This document shows, in pieces, positions 27,494 through 38,023 of a stretch of DNA of 64,000 nucleotides. The stretch is from assembly GCA_963740085.1 (NCBI GenBank), contig CAVUCU010000001.1, positions 1,408,001-1,472,000 of the forward strand, read 5' to 3'. The notes under the pieces are model-generated. The model made no database searches, was not told the origin of the DNA, and worked only from the letters and a program-made list of their open reading frames with translations. The first letter of the stretch is position 1. Each line of letters begins with the position of its first letter. The position numbers were made by a program, and so were the translations under genes. The stretch is from Nitrospirota bacterium (GTDB lineage: Bacteria > Nitrospirota > UBA9217).

Positions 27494-28378
27494 ATGAGAC
27501 TCGTGACAAGAGGCGACCTGGATGGCCTGGTGTCCGCCGTGCTGATCACCACCATGGAGGACGTCAAGTCCCTGAAGCTCATTCATCCCCAGGACATTAC
27601 GGACAATAAATTCGAGGTCATGGAGGGAGATATCCTGGCCAACCTCCCCTATCACCCAAACTGCGCCATGTGGTTCGACCACCATGAGTTGACGGACAGC
27701 AACAGGAAACCGCCGGCAGTCTTTAAGGGCAAGCACGCGATCCTGCCGAGCGTGGCCAGAGTGGTTTATGAATACTACCAGTCGGAAAAACTGAAACGCT
27801 TTGAGCCGCTGATCGCTGAAACAGACCGGTTCGATTCAGCGCAGCTTACCATCGAGGACATTTCCGACCCGCGGGGTGCGATCCTTCTCGGCTTCACCAT
27901 AGATCCAAGAACGGGATTCGGCGTCGACAGTCACTTTTTTATTATCTTGGTGGAACTGCTGAAGACATTCGATATTGACAAAGTTCTCCAAACGGCGGAA
28001 GTGGCCCGGCGGGTTAAAACATACCTGGAGAACGATTTCAGGTTCTTAAAGGTATTGAATGATCATACAAGGATCGACAAGAACGTTATCATTACGGACT
28101 TCAGAAAATTAACGGGCATCCCGGTCGGGAACCGGTTTCTCATTTATACGCTCTACCCTGAATGTAATGTCTCCGTACGGGTTCAATGGGGGCCCCGAAA
28201 GGAGTTCATCGCAACCACCATCGGACACAGCATCCTCAACCGGACATGCAAAACCGATATCGGCCGTCTCTGCAGCGATTTCGGAGGCGGCGGCCATAGG
28301 GGCGCCGGCGCCTGCACCCTGGACCCTGCGTCGGCGGACGACAAGCTGAAAGAAATAATACAAAGGCTGAAAGAATGA
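27494..28378 (+). CDS. DHH-family phosphoesterase (exopolyphosphatase/nanoRNase-like)
   Basis: RGDLDG, FDHH, GGGGHRGAG. Confidence 0.85.
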   Translation: MRLVTRGDLDGLVSAVLITTMEDVKSLKLIHPQDITDNKFEVMEGDILANLPYHPNCAMWFDHHELTDSNRKPPAVFKGKHAILPSVARVVYEYYQSEKLKRFEPLIAETDRFDSAQLTIEDISDPRGAILLGFTIDPRTGFGVDSHFFIILVELLKTFDIDKVLQTAEVARRVKTYLENDFRFLKVLNDHTRIDKNVIITDFRKLTGIPVGNRFLIYTLYPECNVSVRVQWGPRKEFIATTIGHSILNRTCKTDIGRLCSDFGGGGHRGAGACTLDPASADDKLKEIIQRLKE

Positions 28379-28549
28379 TCCGTGAAATAACGGGTGTACG
28401 ATGGTAGAGGGTACCGCACTGACGGGGAGTATTCCGGATCCCGCGCTTAAGGTACGGAAATCAACATCTGAACCAAAGAGTCGGGAATAGTATGTACTTC
28501 CCCTGAATTGGCGTTCCCCGGGGAATCAAGACTTGATCGAACGCGTCGT

Positions 28550-29293
28550 TTAGTAGTTTGCCACCAGTGCAACGGTCGTCATAGAGTCTTTCTTTTTCAG
28601 CGTCGCCGGCACCGGTGCGTTTGAATAATTTACGAGATAAGCGGCCTTCAGGGAGAAAATACCGCTTAACGCGGAGACGACCGCTGTTTCCGAATTAACA
28701 AAGTATTTATCCGAATTATTGAAGTCGTCAAGATATTCCAGGGACTGGGAGAACTTGTTCTTTTCGGTAAATGCGTAGGTGTATTTCGCGAAGGCCCGTC
28801 CGCCGGGATAATCTTTCTTGGTATTATCGGTATACTTGTCGGCTACATACATGACACCCAGTTCACCGATCAGGAAATGCGCGGGCCCGTCAAGGAACTT
28901 ATATCCTGCGCCGAGCCCGCCATATACGTGCTCATCGACGCCCGCGAACCTGTTTTGCTGCCAGCCCGCATTCACAAAGGAATATAACCGCAGCGTGTTC
29001 TGATAATCCAGCTTGAGGTCTGTAAAGTAGCTTTCCGCGGTTTTCACGTTGGACGTTTTCGCATTAACCGCGCCGACCTTCCAGCTCCCCAATAACTGCG
29101 CGTTGAATTGATACTTCAACAGATTTTTTGCAGCCAGGGTGGCGATCTGCGTATTGCCATCGGTTTTTACATAAGAAAACTCGCCTTCGTCGCTTAAGGC
29201 TTTCTTCTCCTTCATCTCCTCGGCAAAAGAACTCGCTGCAGCCAGCGCCAGTCCGATGCAGAGTGCAAGAAAAAAAAGCGTCTCTTTTCTCAT
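28550..29293 (-). CDS. DUF481/YdiY outer-membrane beta-barrel
   Basis: Signal peptide, amphipathic strands, GAGYKF, terminal aromatic residue; start MRKET behind AAAGGAG. Confidence 0.8.
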   Translation of the reverse strand: MRKETLFFLALCIGLALAAASSFAEEMKEKKALSDEGEFSYVKTDGNTQIATLAAKNLLKYQFNAQLLGSWKVGAVNAKTSNVKTAESYFTDLKLDYQNTLRLYSFVNAGWQQNRFAGVDEHVYGGLGAGYKFLDGPAHFLIGELGVMYVADKYTDNTKKDYPGGRAFAKYTYAFTEKNKFSQSLEYLDDFNNSDKYFVNSETAVVSALSGIFSLKAAYLVNYSNAPVPATLKKKDSMTTVALVANY

Positions 29294-29316
29294 AACTGCT
29301 CCTTTCACGCGCCTTT

Positions 29317-29754
29317 TTACACCGTCTTAAGATCTGAAGTGCAAGCAAAGCAACGGGTCGCCTTGATCGGAACATTGGACAGGCAATACGGACATGCCTT
29401 GGTCGATGGAGGCGCTGCCGCCGCTGGTTTCTTCAAACGATTGACCTGTTTGATCAGGATAAATATTGCCGCCGCTACGATGATGAAATCGATCACCGTG
29501 TTGATGAACAAGCCGTAGTTTATCGTGGCCGCCCCTGCCGCCTTGGCAGCTGCCAGCGAGGGATACGGGGTTCCCGAAAGGTTGATGAACAAACCGCTGA
29601 AGTTCACATTGCCCATGAGCCTCCCCAATGGCGGCATCAGGACATCACCTACCAGGGAAGTGACGATCTTTCCAAAGGCCCCGCCGATGATGATGCCGAC
29701 CGCGAGGTCCACTACATTTCCCCTCATGATGAATTCCTTGAACTCTTTTAACAT
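29317..29754 (-). CDS. mscL: Large-conductance mechanosensitive channel with C-terminal zinc ribbon
   Basis: [27 protein letters not shown]; tail CPYC...CFAC. Confidence 0.95.
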   Translation of the reverse strand: MLKEFKEFIMRGNVVDLAVGIIIGGAFGKIVTSLVGDVLMPPLGRLMGNVNFSGLFINLSGTPYPSLAAAKAAGAATINYGLFINTVIDFIIVAAAIFILIKQVNRLKKPAAAAPPSTKACPYCLSNVPIKATRCFACTSDLKTV

Positions 29755-29823
29755 AGACTACCTCCTCCCTCTTCATTCCATCGTTCGAAGCCGGAAACGA
29801 CCTTTGAAGATTTATCCCTCTGT

Positions 29824-30210
29824 TCATTCTTCAACGATAATTTTTCCCGTCATCCCTTCATGTCCGTCGCCGCAGAAGAGGTCGCAGTGAAAGTCATAGG
29901 TTCCCGCCTTTGGAGCCATGATGCGCAGTTGTGTAACCTTCCCCGGCTCGATCGTCGCACGGATTCCTCCAAGGTCCGGAACCGTGAAACCGTGCACCCT
30001 GTCCAGCGATGTAAACTCCAGAATTACGGGGACCCCCTTCTTGATCCTGATCTCGTTCGGTGAGTACTCGAACTTTTTCGCCGTGATCTTGATCACCCGC
30101 ACAGTTTGTGCTGGTTGCTCTGCAGCCGGAGCGCTTGAGATCAACGAACCCGTCATAAACATCATCGTGACGGAAAGGAACAACACGGGCACGCATTGAG
30201 ACCTTTTCAT
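29824..30210 (-). CDS. Exported cupredoxin with a CuA-type site
   Basis: Signal peptide; VHGF...CDLFCGDGHEGM (H, CxxxC, H, M). Confidence 0.85.
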   Translation of the reverse strand: MKRSQCVPVLFLSVTMMFMTGSLISSAPAAEQPAQTVRVIKITAKKFEYSPNEIRIKKGVPVILEFTSLDRVHGFTVPDLGGIRATIEPGKVTQLRIMAPKAGTYDFHCDLFCGDGHEGMTGKIIVEE

Positions 30211-30214
30211 AAAC

Positions 30215-31105
30215 CTATCCTTTCTGGACCGGATATTCCGTGATCACCAACTCCGACTTATCAGCCTTGGCCTGAACACTTCGGTATCCTAGCCCCTTGT
30301 AGGGCGCGGAAGGGTCCCAGGGGATCGGTACGCGCTTGGGAACGGAACCCGGCGCCGGCAGGGGGAACATCAGACCCTTCGCTGCATGATGCGGTATATG
30401 CCCTGTCATCTGGTGATGTTCCTGATGGATATGTCCGTACAGAACGGTGACGTTCTTATAGGGCATAAGAAGGTCTATCGCTTTTGCCCCGTCGCGGGTC
30501 CACCAGTCCCAATTGGGATATAGGTCGAAGAGAGGACGATGGGTCAAAACAACGATTCGAGAGTCTTTATTCAATTTTTTCAGTTCGTTGTTCAACCATT
30601 GCAGTTGAACATCCCCGATGCTCGACAGGGGATCCGAGACGTTGTCCACGACGATGAAATGCACGCCTTTGTGATCGAAGGTATACCGGGTATTTCCGAA
30701 ATATTCCTTAAACGCCTCGCCGTTATCCAGTCCCGCGTCATGTTCGCCTGCCAGGAACTTGATATCCTTCACCTTTAGTCCGCTGATAATGTCCTTGGCT
30801 TCGGCCATGCGTTTCCTTCGCTCCTTTGAGTCGTCCGTCGTATGGGTTATATCGCCGGTGAAAACAACGAAATCCGGCGGCACGTTCATGCTGTTGACCG
30901 CTGCGATCGCCTTTTTCAGGGTTCCTGTCGCGTCAGGATTTATGGCCGGCCCGTTAAAACCCCAGTGCGTGTCCGACAACTGGACAAACATGAAATCATC
31001 CTGACCTGCCTTCATCTCCGCGGCACCTGCTGCGCGCGATCCCATTACGAGAACCGCACTGCCCATGCCCATCAGTTTTAAGAAATCTCTTCTGTCCATC
31101 TTCAT
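30215..31105 (-). CDS. Tat-exported calcineurin-like metallophosphoesterase
   Basis: DRRDFLK Tat motif; SDTH, TGD, GEHD, THRP, GHIH. Confidence 0.88.
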   Translation of the reverse strand: MKMDRRDFLKLMGMGSAVLVMGSRAAGAAEMKAGQDDFMFVQLSDTHWGFNGPAINPDATGTLKKAIAAVNSMNVPPDFVVFTGDITHTTDDSKERRKRMAEAKDIISGLKVKDIKFLAGEHDAGLDNGEAFKEYFGNTRYTFDHKGVHFIVVDNVSDPLSSIGDVQLQWLNNELKKLNKDSRIVVLTHRPLFDLYPNWDWWTRDGAKAIDLLMPYKNVTVLYGHIHQEHHQMTGHIPHHAAKGLMFPLPAPGSVPKRVPIPWDPSAPYKGLGYRSVQAKADKSELVITEYPVQKG

Positions 31106-31302
31106 GGTTGTCTCCTTATTTTGGTTTTAGTACAACGGAAATTTGTGAAGCAGTAAATTTAAGCGAAATTAAAAAAGATTCAGCGTGGTATACCACTCAC
31201 TGCGGACAATCGAGTGGCCTGATTAGCCCGTAGCATACAACGTTAAAGCACCTTAAGACGAGACCTTACCGTGTTCAAGACCCCGGATGGTTCTTGTAAT
31301 GT

Positions 31303-31315
31303 TGCTATTATAGCA
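31303..31315 (-). promoter_or_regulatory. Extended -10 element (TGCTATAAT) inside a near-palindrome
   Basis: Plus strand TGCTATTATAGCA, about 200 nt upstream of the phosphoesterase ATG. Confidence 0.4.
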
Positions 31316-31331
31316 CGAACCGACCCGATGA

Positions 31332-34289
31332 TCATTTCAGACTAAAGTCGGTTCTGCTGTTCTTAGCCTTTTCTTTTTTCTCCACCTCGAGGGCCTTGGA
31401 TTCAACAATGAAGATCCGCTCCGGATCCAGCTGCTTCGGTTGCAACAAATAGTCCCTGACCGACCGGGCTCGCTCCCCGGCGAGTACCCGCAGGTCTTCA
31501 TCGGTCACCTTCATGTTGGCAAGCATGAGTTTTTCCATCTCGGGCACGGGCAAATCCTTTGCCATGCCGATCATATTACGGGGTTTCGAGAATTTTTCTT
31601 CTTTATAAGCCCTCTTCAGGTACACGGGATATTCCTCTGAAGTCACGGTTATTGAATCAAGGGAGGGCGCCTCGTTGTTTTTCGCAAGCATCTCCTTTAT
31701 CTTCTGGGCCTTGATCTTTCTCAGCATGCGGTCTTGTTTCAGCCCTTCGAGGTCTTTCTCGGGATCCACGTGACCCACGATGTCCATCTTGAGCGCAGGC
31801 CGGTCAATAAGGGCCTTGCCTATGATATCGAGCTTCTTTTTCGTCGCATCTGTCAGGGAGGCCGAGCCGTAATCGAAGTCGGCATAGCCGAGCTCTTCGC
31901 CGCCGCCGAAGACCGCGCTCAGAAGGGCAAAGGGCGATGTCGCGGCCTTCACGAGCAGGTTCACGATGACCTTGAGTATTACGCCGCCCACGCTGAACTT
32001 GGGATCGTTCAGATCGCCGGAGACCGGGATATCAAGCTCGATCTTGCCGTCCCGGTCCTTCAGGAGCGCCACGGCGAGTTTTACCGGCAGCTTCGTCGCC
32101 TCGGGGCTTTCAACGGGATCGCCGAAAGTGAACTGGTCAAGGAAGACGTTGTTCTTGGCTTCAAGCTTTTTTTTCTTGATCAGATATTCAAGCTGGAAGG
32201 AAAGCTTTCCCTTCTGGATAGCGTAGCCCGCATAACGGCCCGAATAGGGGCTCCCCGTGGTCAGGTCCATGTCCTTGAAACTCGCTTTAAGCTCCAGATA
32301 GAGATCGTCCCTGAGCGGGTTGATCTTGCCGGTGATCTCAAGGGGGGCGTAGCGGTCATATTTGCCGCTCAGTTCGATCTCTCCGGCCGTGTCTTCTTCG
32401 GATGAGAGCCCGGAGATGCGCCCGCTGATCTCGAGCAGGTTGGAGCTGAACCGCGGTCTGATGCTCTCATCCGTGAAGTTGATCGTACCGCCCTGGAGCG
32501 TTATCTTGTCGATGCGGACGGTCCGCTGCTGCACAGGTCCCTGTTGAGCGTCCGCTGCCGCCACCGCTGGCTGCGGACCGGGCCCGGACGGAGCAGCTGC
32601 TTCTTCCACCGGGGCCGGGGCTTTGAGGATCTCCTGCAGGTTGATCGTCCTGTCTGCGCTTACGATGATGCGGGAGAAAAAATGAGTAAGGGCGATTTCC
32701 GGGATATGTACGAACAGCGGTGCGTACCGGATATCCATACCGCGCAGGTGAAGCGTGTCCCACGTAAGCAGTTCCTCAGCGGTGATCTTGTCAAGAAGCG
32801 ATAACTTGTTTACCTGGAGTGTCCCCTTGTAGGCGGCTTTCAGCCCTTCGGTTTCGTCCTTGCGCGCGTTAAGCCTGCCGTTCATCGTAATCGCCCCGTT
32901 CGCAAGCAGGATCTGCGTCCGCTGGGACAGAAAAGGCTGCGCCGGTTTGAGCGGGATCCCCTTGAGGTTCACGGCCATATCAATGGCGGGTGGATCCAGG
33001 GTAAGATCGCCGTCAACCGAGGCGCTCCCTTTACGCTCCACCCTCATCGAGAGGGCGATCGTTCCCTTTGCATCCTTTGCTGTGGAGATGTTCTGCGCCT
33101 TGCAGGTGATATCGTCGATGGTAATGCCAAAGGGCTCGGCAAGGCTCCGGTCGGCTATCTTCACCGTATAACCATCTATTACCAGTGATCTGAGCAAGAC
33201 GGTCCAAGTTGGAGCAGGCGACTTCGCGGTTGTCGGGGGAGTTTTCTCCGGCGAGGCGGTCACGATCGAGGAAACGTTCAGCTGACCGTCTGCAGAACGG
33301 GAAAGAGCGACCGACCCCTTCTCGGTAGCGATCGTGTTGATTTCTACTTTTTCCGCACCCAGATCGAACGATATATCTTTCAAGCTCAAAAGCGGTATCT
33401 TCAGGAAATCGCCCTGAACGTTTTTGATCTTTGCCGTAAGGTCCCTCACGCGCGTTTCGCCGGTAAGTATCAGTGTAGGAGCACGGTTCGTATACTGGCG
33501 GTAGGCAAGCTTCATTTCCACGTCGAGCCTGCCGGAAGGAACGTTTACATTAAGCGTATGAGGCGCATAGCCGAGATAGTAGGGTATGTCAAGATCCTTG
33601 AGCGCTATATCGAAGGAAGTCTCGAACGAGTCGGAAAAAACCTTTGTTGTTCCCCGGGCGGTCAGCGGCGAGCCGTTGACCAGGGCACTGAACGAGGGCT
33701 GCACAAAGGATTCCACATAGGCGGGCAGGTCGGAGATGAAGGGGATCGCGATATTGATCTGGGTGATCTCGTGTTTCGACTTAACGGGCCGGTCTTCGAA
33801 TTCGATGTTGCCATCAATGATCTGGATATTGCTCACGGAAAAGGCAAAAGCTTTACCGGGCTGCTTGGGGACGCCGGCCTCATCCACTGCCTGCACTCTT
33901 TCCGTAATATCGGAAAAGTTATAGCGATTGGCTTCCGTGCGGACAAGATGGATTCGCGGTTGTTCGAGCTTGACCTCCCGTATCACAGGAAAGCCTTTGA
34001 TTATGGAGATCGCCTGCAAATCAACATAGAGCCTCCCGAAGGAGATGAACGTGGTGCTGCCATCGCTCTCTTTGATCTCGAACCCCTTGATGACAGTCGA
34101 GAGGGCGAAGGGATTCAGGCTGACCGACTCGACGGTGACACGGCGGCCAAGCTGCTCACTCAGTTTCTCCATTGCAAGCTTCTTCAGGTAGGGCGGCAGG
34201 ATGAAAAAACCGGCGATGGTATACAGGAAGAGAAGAAGAAGGACGATGATGACGGTGATCCTGACCTTTCGTGACCTGGTGAAGGGCAT
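31332..34289 (-). CDS. DUF748 (AsmA-like) envelope protein with OmpA-like C-terminus
   Basis: N-terminal anchor, LGRRVTVESVSLNPF, SPYSGRYAGY, LPVKLAVALLKD, SPFALL; start MPFT behind GGAGG. Confidence 0.88.
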   Translation of the reverse strand: MPFTRSRKVRITVIIVLLLLFLYTIAGFFILPPYLKKLAMEKLSEQLGRRVTVESVSLNPFALSTVIKGFEIKESDGSTTFISFGRLYVDLQAISIIKGFPVIREVKLEQPRIHLVRTEANRYNFSDITERVQAVDEAGVPKQPGKAFAFSVSNIQIIDGNIEFEDRPVKSKHEITQINIAIPFISDLPAYVESFVQPSFSALVNGSPLTARGTTKVFSDSFETSFDIALKDLDIPYYLGYAPHTLNVNVPSGRLDVEMKLAYRQYTNRAPTLILTGETRVRDLTAKIKNVQGDFLKIPLLSLKDISFDLGAEKVEINTIATEKGSVALSRSADGQLNVSSIVTASPEKTPPTTAKSPAPTWTVLLRSLVIDGYTVKIADRSLAEPFGITIDDITCKAQNISTAKDAKGTIALSMRVERKGSASVDGDLTLDPPAIDMAVNLKGIPLKPAQPFLSQRTQILLANGAITMNGRLNARKDETEGLKAAYKGTLQVNKLSLLDKITAEELLTWDTLHLRGMDIRYAPLFVHIPEIALTHFFSRIIVSADRTINLQEILKAPAPVEEAAAPSGPGPQPAVAAADAQQGPVQQRTVRIDKITLQGGTINFTDESIRPRFSSNLLEISGRISGLSSEEDTAGEIELSGKYDRYAPLEITGKINPLRDDLYLELKASFKDMDLTTGSPYSGRYAGYAIQKGKLSFQLEYLIKKKKLEAKNNVFLDQFTFGDPVESPEATKLPVKLAVALLKDRDGKIELDIPVSGDLNDPKFSVGGVILKVIVNLLVKAATSPFALLSAVFGGGEELGYADFDYGSASLTDATKKKLDIIGKALIDRPALKMDIVGHVDPEKDLEGLKQDRMLRKIKAQKIKEMLAKNNEAPSLDSITVTSEEYPVYLKRAYKEEKFSKPRNMIGMAKDLPVPEMEKLMLANMKVTDEDLRVLAGERARSVRDYLLQPKQLDPERIFIVESKALEVEKKEKAKNSRTDFSLK

Positions 34290-34365
34290 AGAGACCTCCG
34301 CACGGGGATGTACTAAGTGTATCGCAAAAAAGCAGAAAAGCAAATGCCGGAGAAAGTACCCGCGA

Positions 34366-36249
34366 TTATTCAGGTTGTTTCCTGCGAAGCTCAATTGCCT
34401 GTTTCACGTAATTTCTTTTTATTGAAATCGCGGGAACTCTGAAATCGAACCACGCCTTAACCGAAAGATCCGTGCCGATGCCATGCATAAAGTTGTACAC
34501 CGCTTTGTTCAGGCCCTGCGCATAGCGGTGAGGGTTGCAGCCGACACTATCTTCGTGAAGAAGATCATTGTTGGCAAACCTCCCAACAGAATGATCAACG
34601 ATCCTGCAGTGATATTTTTCCGGATGTCTTCCCACATCGCTGTGTACCGTCGCGGTAAACACGTGCCAGAATGCGGATTGTATCAGGCCCTCTTTAAAAA
34701 ACTGCCGTACGATCTCCAGGGCATCGATGGTTTCCTGTTCGGTTTGTGTCGGGAAACCATACATCAGATACGCGTGCACCATGACGCCAGCATCGCTGAA
34801 ATTCCGGCACGCCTGAGCGGCCTGACGAATGGTCACCCCCTTGTTCATTAACTTCAACAGTCTGTCCGAGGCCGCTTCCAGACCTCCCGTTACTGCGATG
34901 CAACCCGAGGCAGCCAGAAGTCTGCACAGGTCTCTGGTAAAGGCACGTTCAAAGCGGATATTTGCCCACCAGGAGATAGTGATGCCTCTTCTCAGCAACT
35001 CCATGGCCAGTGCACGCAGAACCGCGGGCGGCGCGGCTTCATCGACAAAATGAAATCCGGTTTGTCCTGTTTGGGCGATCACCCGCTCAATCCTGTCAAC
35101 CAGCACGCCGGCCGGAGCACTGTCGTAGCGTTTTATATAATCGAGCGTCGTATCGCAGAATGAACATTGATGCCAGTAGCAACCATGTGCAACGGTAAGC
35201 TTGTTCCACCGTCCGTCGGACCATAGGCGGTGCATGGGATTGGCGATTTCTATGAGAGAGAGATACTTATCCAAAAGGAGATCTGAATAATCCGGGCAAC
35301 CGGTCTCTGCGTGGGAGGGATCCTGTTCCGTATCATCATTCATGAATTTCACTCGATCATCAATTCGTATGAATGTTCGTTTGAGGCCGGCCGTCTTTTT
35401 TTCTCCTTGAAGACATTTCAAAATATTCAATAAGGGAAGTTCGCCGTCGTCCAGGGTAATAAAATCGACATAGTTAAAGATCGCGGGTTCGGAAAGGGCA
35501 CGAAGTTCCGTATTAACAAATCCGCCACCCGCTGCGATCTTGATATGTGGATGGTCCTTCTTGATGAATTGACAGCATTTCAGACCGGCGTAGACATTTC
35601 CGGGAAAGGGAAGCGTAATGCAGACGACATCTGGTCGATTCAGCTCAATATGGCCCTTCAGCAATTCATGCATCCAGGTCTCAATGATATTTTCGGGTTG
35701 TTGCAAGGCCTTCTCGATCGGATCAAAAGAATGAGCGGACATTCCAAGCTTTTCAGCGTACCGGCTGAATCCAAAATACGGAGTTACGGCATCTTTGATA
35801 AGGTCGCCGACATCTTCGATATATCGTGTGGCCAGGAACCGGGCCCTGTCATTCGCTCCGATGTTCCCAAATGACCATTCCAGATCGGGCAATTGATCGA
35901 ATCGTGATGCCCGCGGCAGAAAATGATCGGAGCCGATGCGTTGGGCGAGCGTATTGTCCCGGTACTGCAGGAAATTCATCACCTGGTCAATCGTTTGCAC
36001 GTAGGAGCGTTCGTTATGAATTATCTTGAGCGAATTGGGGGACAACTGTGTCGTTCCGTTTTTCACAACAGCGAACAGTGCTTCAAAACCCGGGTGGGAA
36101 AATATTTTATTTACCAGTTCAATGCCGAGATCGACCTGTAATACCTGATACCCGTGCAATTTCAAAAAGCCTTTCAAATAAGGCGTTGCCGGATATGGGG
36201 TGTTGAGCTGGGTAAACGGCGGCGTTATGAGGAGTATTTTTTTTTGCAT
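34366..36249 (-). CDS. B12-binding radical SAM protein
   Basis: PPFTQLNTPYPA, GCYWHQCSFC, FHFVDEAAPP, HAYLMYGFP. Confidence 0.88.
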   Translation of the reverse strand: MQKKILLITPPFTQLNTPYPATPYLKGFLKLHGYQVLQVDLGIELVNKIFSHPGFEALFAVVKNGTTQLSPNSLKIIHNERSYVQTIDQVMNFLQYRDNTLAQRIGSDHFLPRASRFDQLPDLEWSFGNIGANDRARFLATRYIEDVGDLIKDAVTPYFGFSRYAEKLGMSAHSFDPIEKALQQPENIIETWMHELLKGHIELNRPDVVCITLPFPGNVYAGLKCCQFIKKDHPHIKIAAGGGFVNTELRALSEPAIFNYVDFITLDDGELPLLNILKCLQGEKKTAGLKRTFIRIDDRVKFMNDDTEQDPSHAETGCPDYSDLLLDKYLSLIEIANPMHRLWSDGRWNKLTVAHGCYWHQCSFCDTTLDYIKRYDSAPAGVLVDRIERVIAQTGQTGFHFVDEAAPPAVLRALAMELLRRGITISWWANIRFERAFTRDLCRLLAASGCIAVTGGLEAASDRLLKLMNKGVTIRQAAQACRNFSDAGVMVHAYLMYGFPTQTEQETIDALEIVRQFFKEGLIQSAFWHVFTATVHSDVGRHPEKYHCRIVDHSVGRFANNDLLHEDSVGCNPHRYAQGLNKAVYNFMHGIGTDLSVKAWFDFRVPAISIKRNYVKQAIELRRKQPE

Positions 36250-36593
36250 CCGCTCATACCTTCACTTTTATCGTATGAAAAGAGATGCAGTCAATAAAGC
36301 GCTGCGAGTCACTTAAGCCGATAGGGCCTTTACGTGCTGACGAAAAAAATCGAAACAGATTCGAGGCATTTTAGCATTAAGCTCTTACGGAGTAAAGCTT
36401 CTTTGGTCAATTGGGAGGCCTGCGAGCCGGGAGAACGCGGGGTCGGACGGATCAGCCGTGTCTGCCTGAACTTCGCCCGCTTCATTTTCCGGAAGCATCT
36501 CTTCTTACAGCGCGTATTTTGAATTGAAAATTGTCCTGTGCCATGCAATAATGACAACGTTGAACAAGGTTTAATTTACGGAGAGGGCTTTAT

Positions 36594-37835
36594 ATGCTTT
36601 TTCAAGCAATGCTGGGTCTCGTTGTGTTCACCGGTATCGCCTGGCTTATCAGCGAGAACAGGAGAGGCGTCAAGTACATCACGGCGTTGACCGGTGTCGT
36701 GGTCCAGCTCTGCATCGCCGGCATCCTGCTTTATGTCCCCTTGTTCAAGAAGTTCTTCCTGCTCCTGAACAACATAGTCCTGGCCCTTGAGTCGGCGACC
36801 AGGGCGGGTTCTTCCTTCGTATTCGGTTACATCGGCGGCGGGACGCCGCCGTTCCTGCTGCAGGACCCGGGAGCGAACTTTATTCTTGCGTTCCAGGCCC
36901 TTCCGCTTGTACTCGTTATCGGCGCTCTCTCCGCCCTCCTGTTTTATTGGAGGATCATGCCCTTTGTCGTAAAGGGCTTTTCCCTCATACTCCAGAAAAC
37001 CATGAACATCGGCGGCGCGCTCGGTCTCGGCGCCTCAACCACGATCTTTCTCGGTATGGTGGAGGCGCCCCTCGTCATCAAGCCCTATCTCAGGAACATG
37101 ACCAGGAGCGAGCTCTTCTCGCTAATGACCGTGGGCATGGCATGCATAGCCGGGACGGTCATGATCCTGTACGCAACGATCCTGAAAGGGGTGGTCCCCG
37201 ATCCGCTCGGCCACATCCTCGTGGCTTCCTTCATCCATGTGGCCGCCGCGATCACGATCGCCCGCATCATGGTCCCGGAGACCGGGGAAGAGACCTCGGG
37301 AAACTTCGTTCCCCAGCGGACCGCGACGAGTTCCATGGATGCTGTGGTCAAGGGGACCCTTGACGGCCTCCACCTCCTCCTGAACATTGTTGCCATGCTC
37401 ATCGTCATGGTGGCCCTGGTCTACCTCGCGAACCAGCTCATCGGCCTTCTCCCTGACGTCGGAAAAAAGCCGCTCACCCTCCAGAGAATGCTCGGCTTCG
37501 TTATGGCGCCTGTCGTCTGGCTCTTCGGCATTCCCTGGCCGCAGGCGCAGACCGCGGGATACCTCATGGGCACCAAGACTATCTTGAACGAGCTGCTGGC
37601 CTTCCTCGAAATGGCCAGGCTCCCGACCGAGGCCCTTGATCCGCGCAGCAGGCTGATCATGACCTATGCCCTGAGCAGTTTTGCCAACTTCGGCAGTCTC
37701 GGCATCCTGATCGGCGGCCTCGGGAGCCTTGCGCCGGAGCGGCGGGACGAGGTTGTGGCCCTCGGCATGAAAGCGCTCGTTGCCGGCACCCTCGCGACCT
37801 GCATGACGGGCGCGGTCATCGGGATCTTCTCATAG
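36594..37835 (+). CDS. Concentrative nucleoside transporter (CNT/NupC)
   Basis: GSSFVFG, EAPLVIKPYL, GTKTILNE, FANFGS. Confidence 0.92.
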   Translation: MLFQAMLGLVVFTGIAWLISENRRGVKYITALTGVVVQLCIAGILLYVPLFKKFFLLLNNIVLALESATRAGSSFVFGYIGGGTPPFLLQDPGANFILAFQALPLVLVIGALSALLFYWRIMPFVVKGFSLILQKTMNIGGALGLGASTTIFLGMVEAPLVIKPYLRNMTRSELFSLMTVGMACIAGTVMILYATILKGVVPDPLGHILVASFIHVAAAITIARIMVPETGEETSGNFVPQRTATSSMDAVVKGTLDGLHLLLNIVAMLIVMVALVYLANQLIGLLPDVGKKPLTLQRMLGFVMAPVVWLFGIPWPQAQTAGYLMGTKTILNELLAFLEMARLPTEALDPRSRLIMTYALSSFANFGSLGILIGGLGSLAPERRDEVVALGMKALVAGTLATCMTGAVIGIFS

Positions 37836-38023
37836 GCCTCCTTCGCAGGTGTTACTACTCATCAGGCAAAAAAGACCAAAGCGAAGGCGTGGAAATAACG
37901 CAAACCGGGCGGACCATAAAAAGCCCATCATCAATTGACGATGGGCTCGAAACGATTGCCGGCAGCGTGGAAGCCGGCAACGCACGGAGCTGCGTTTGTC
38001 GGAAGCGATGAGCGGCACGGTTA

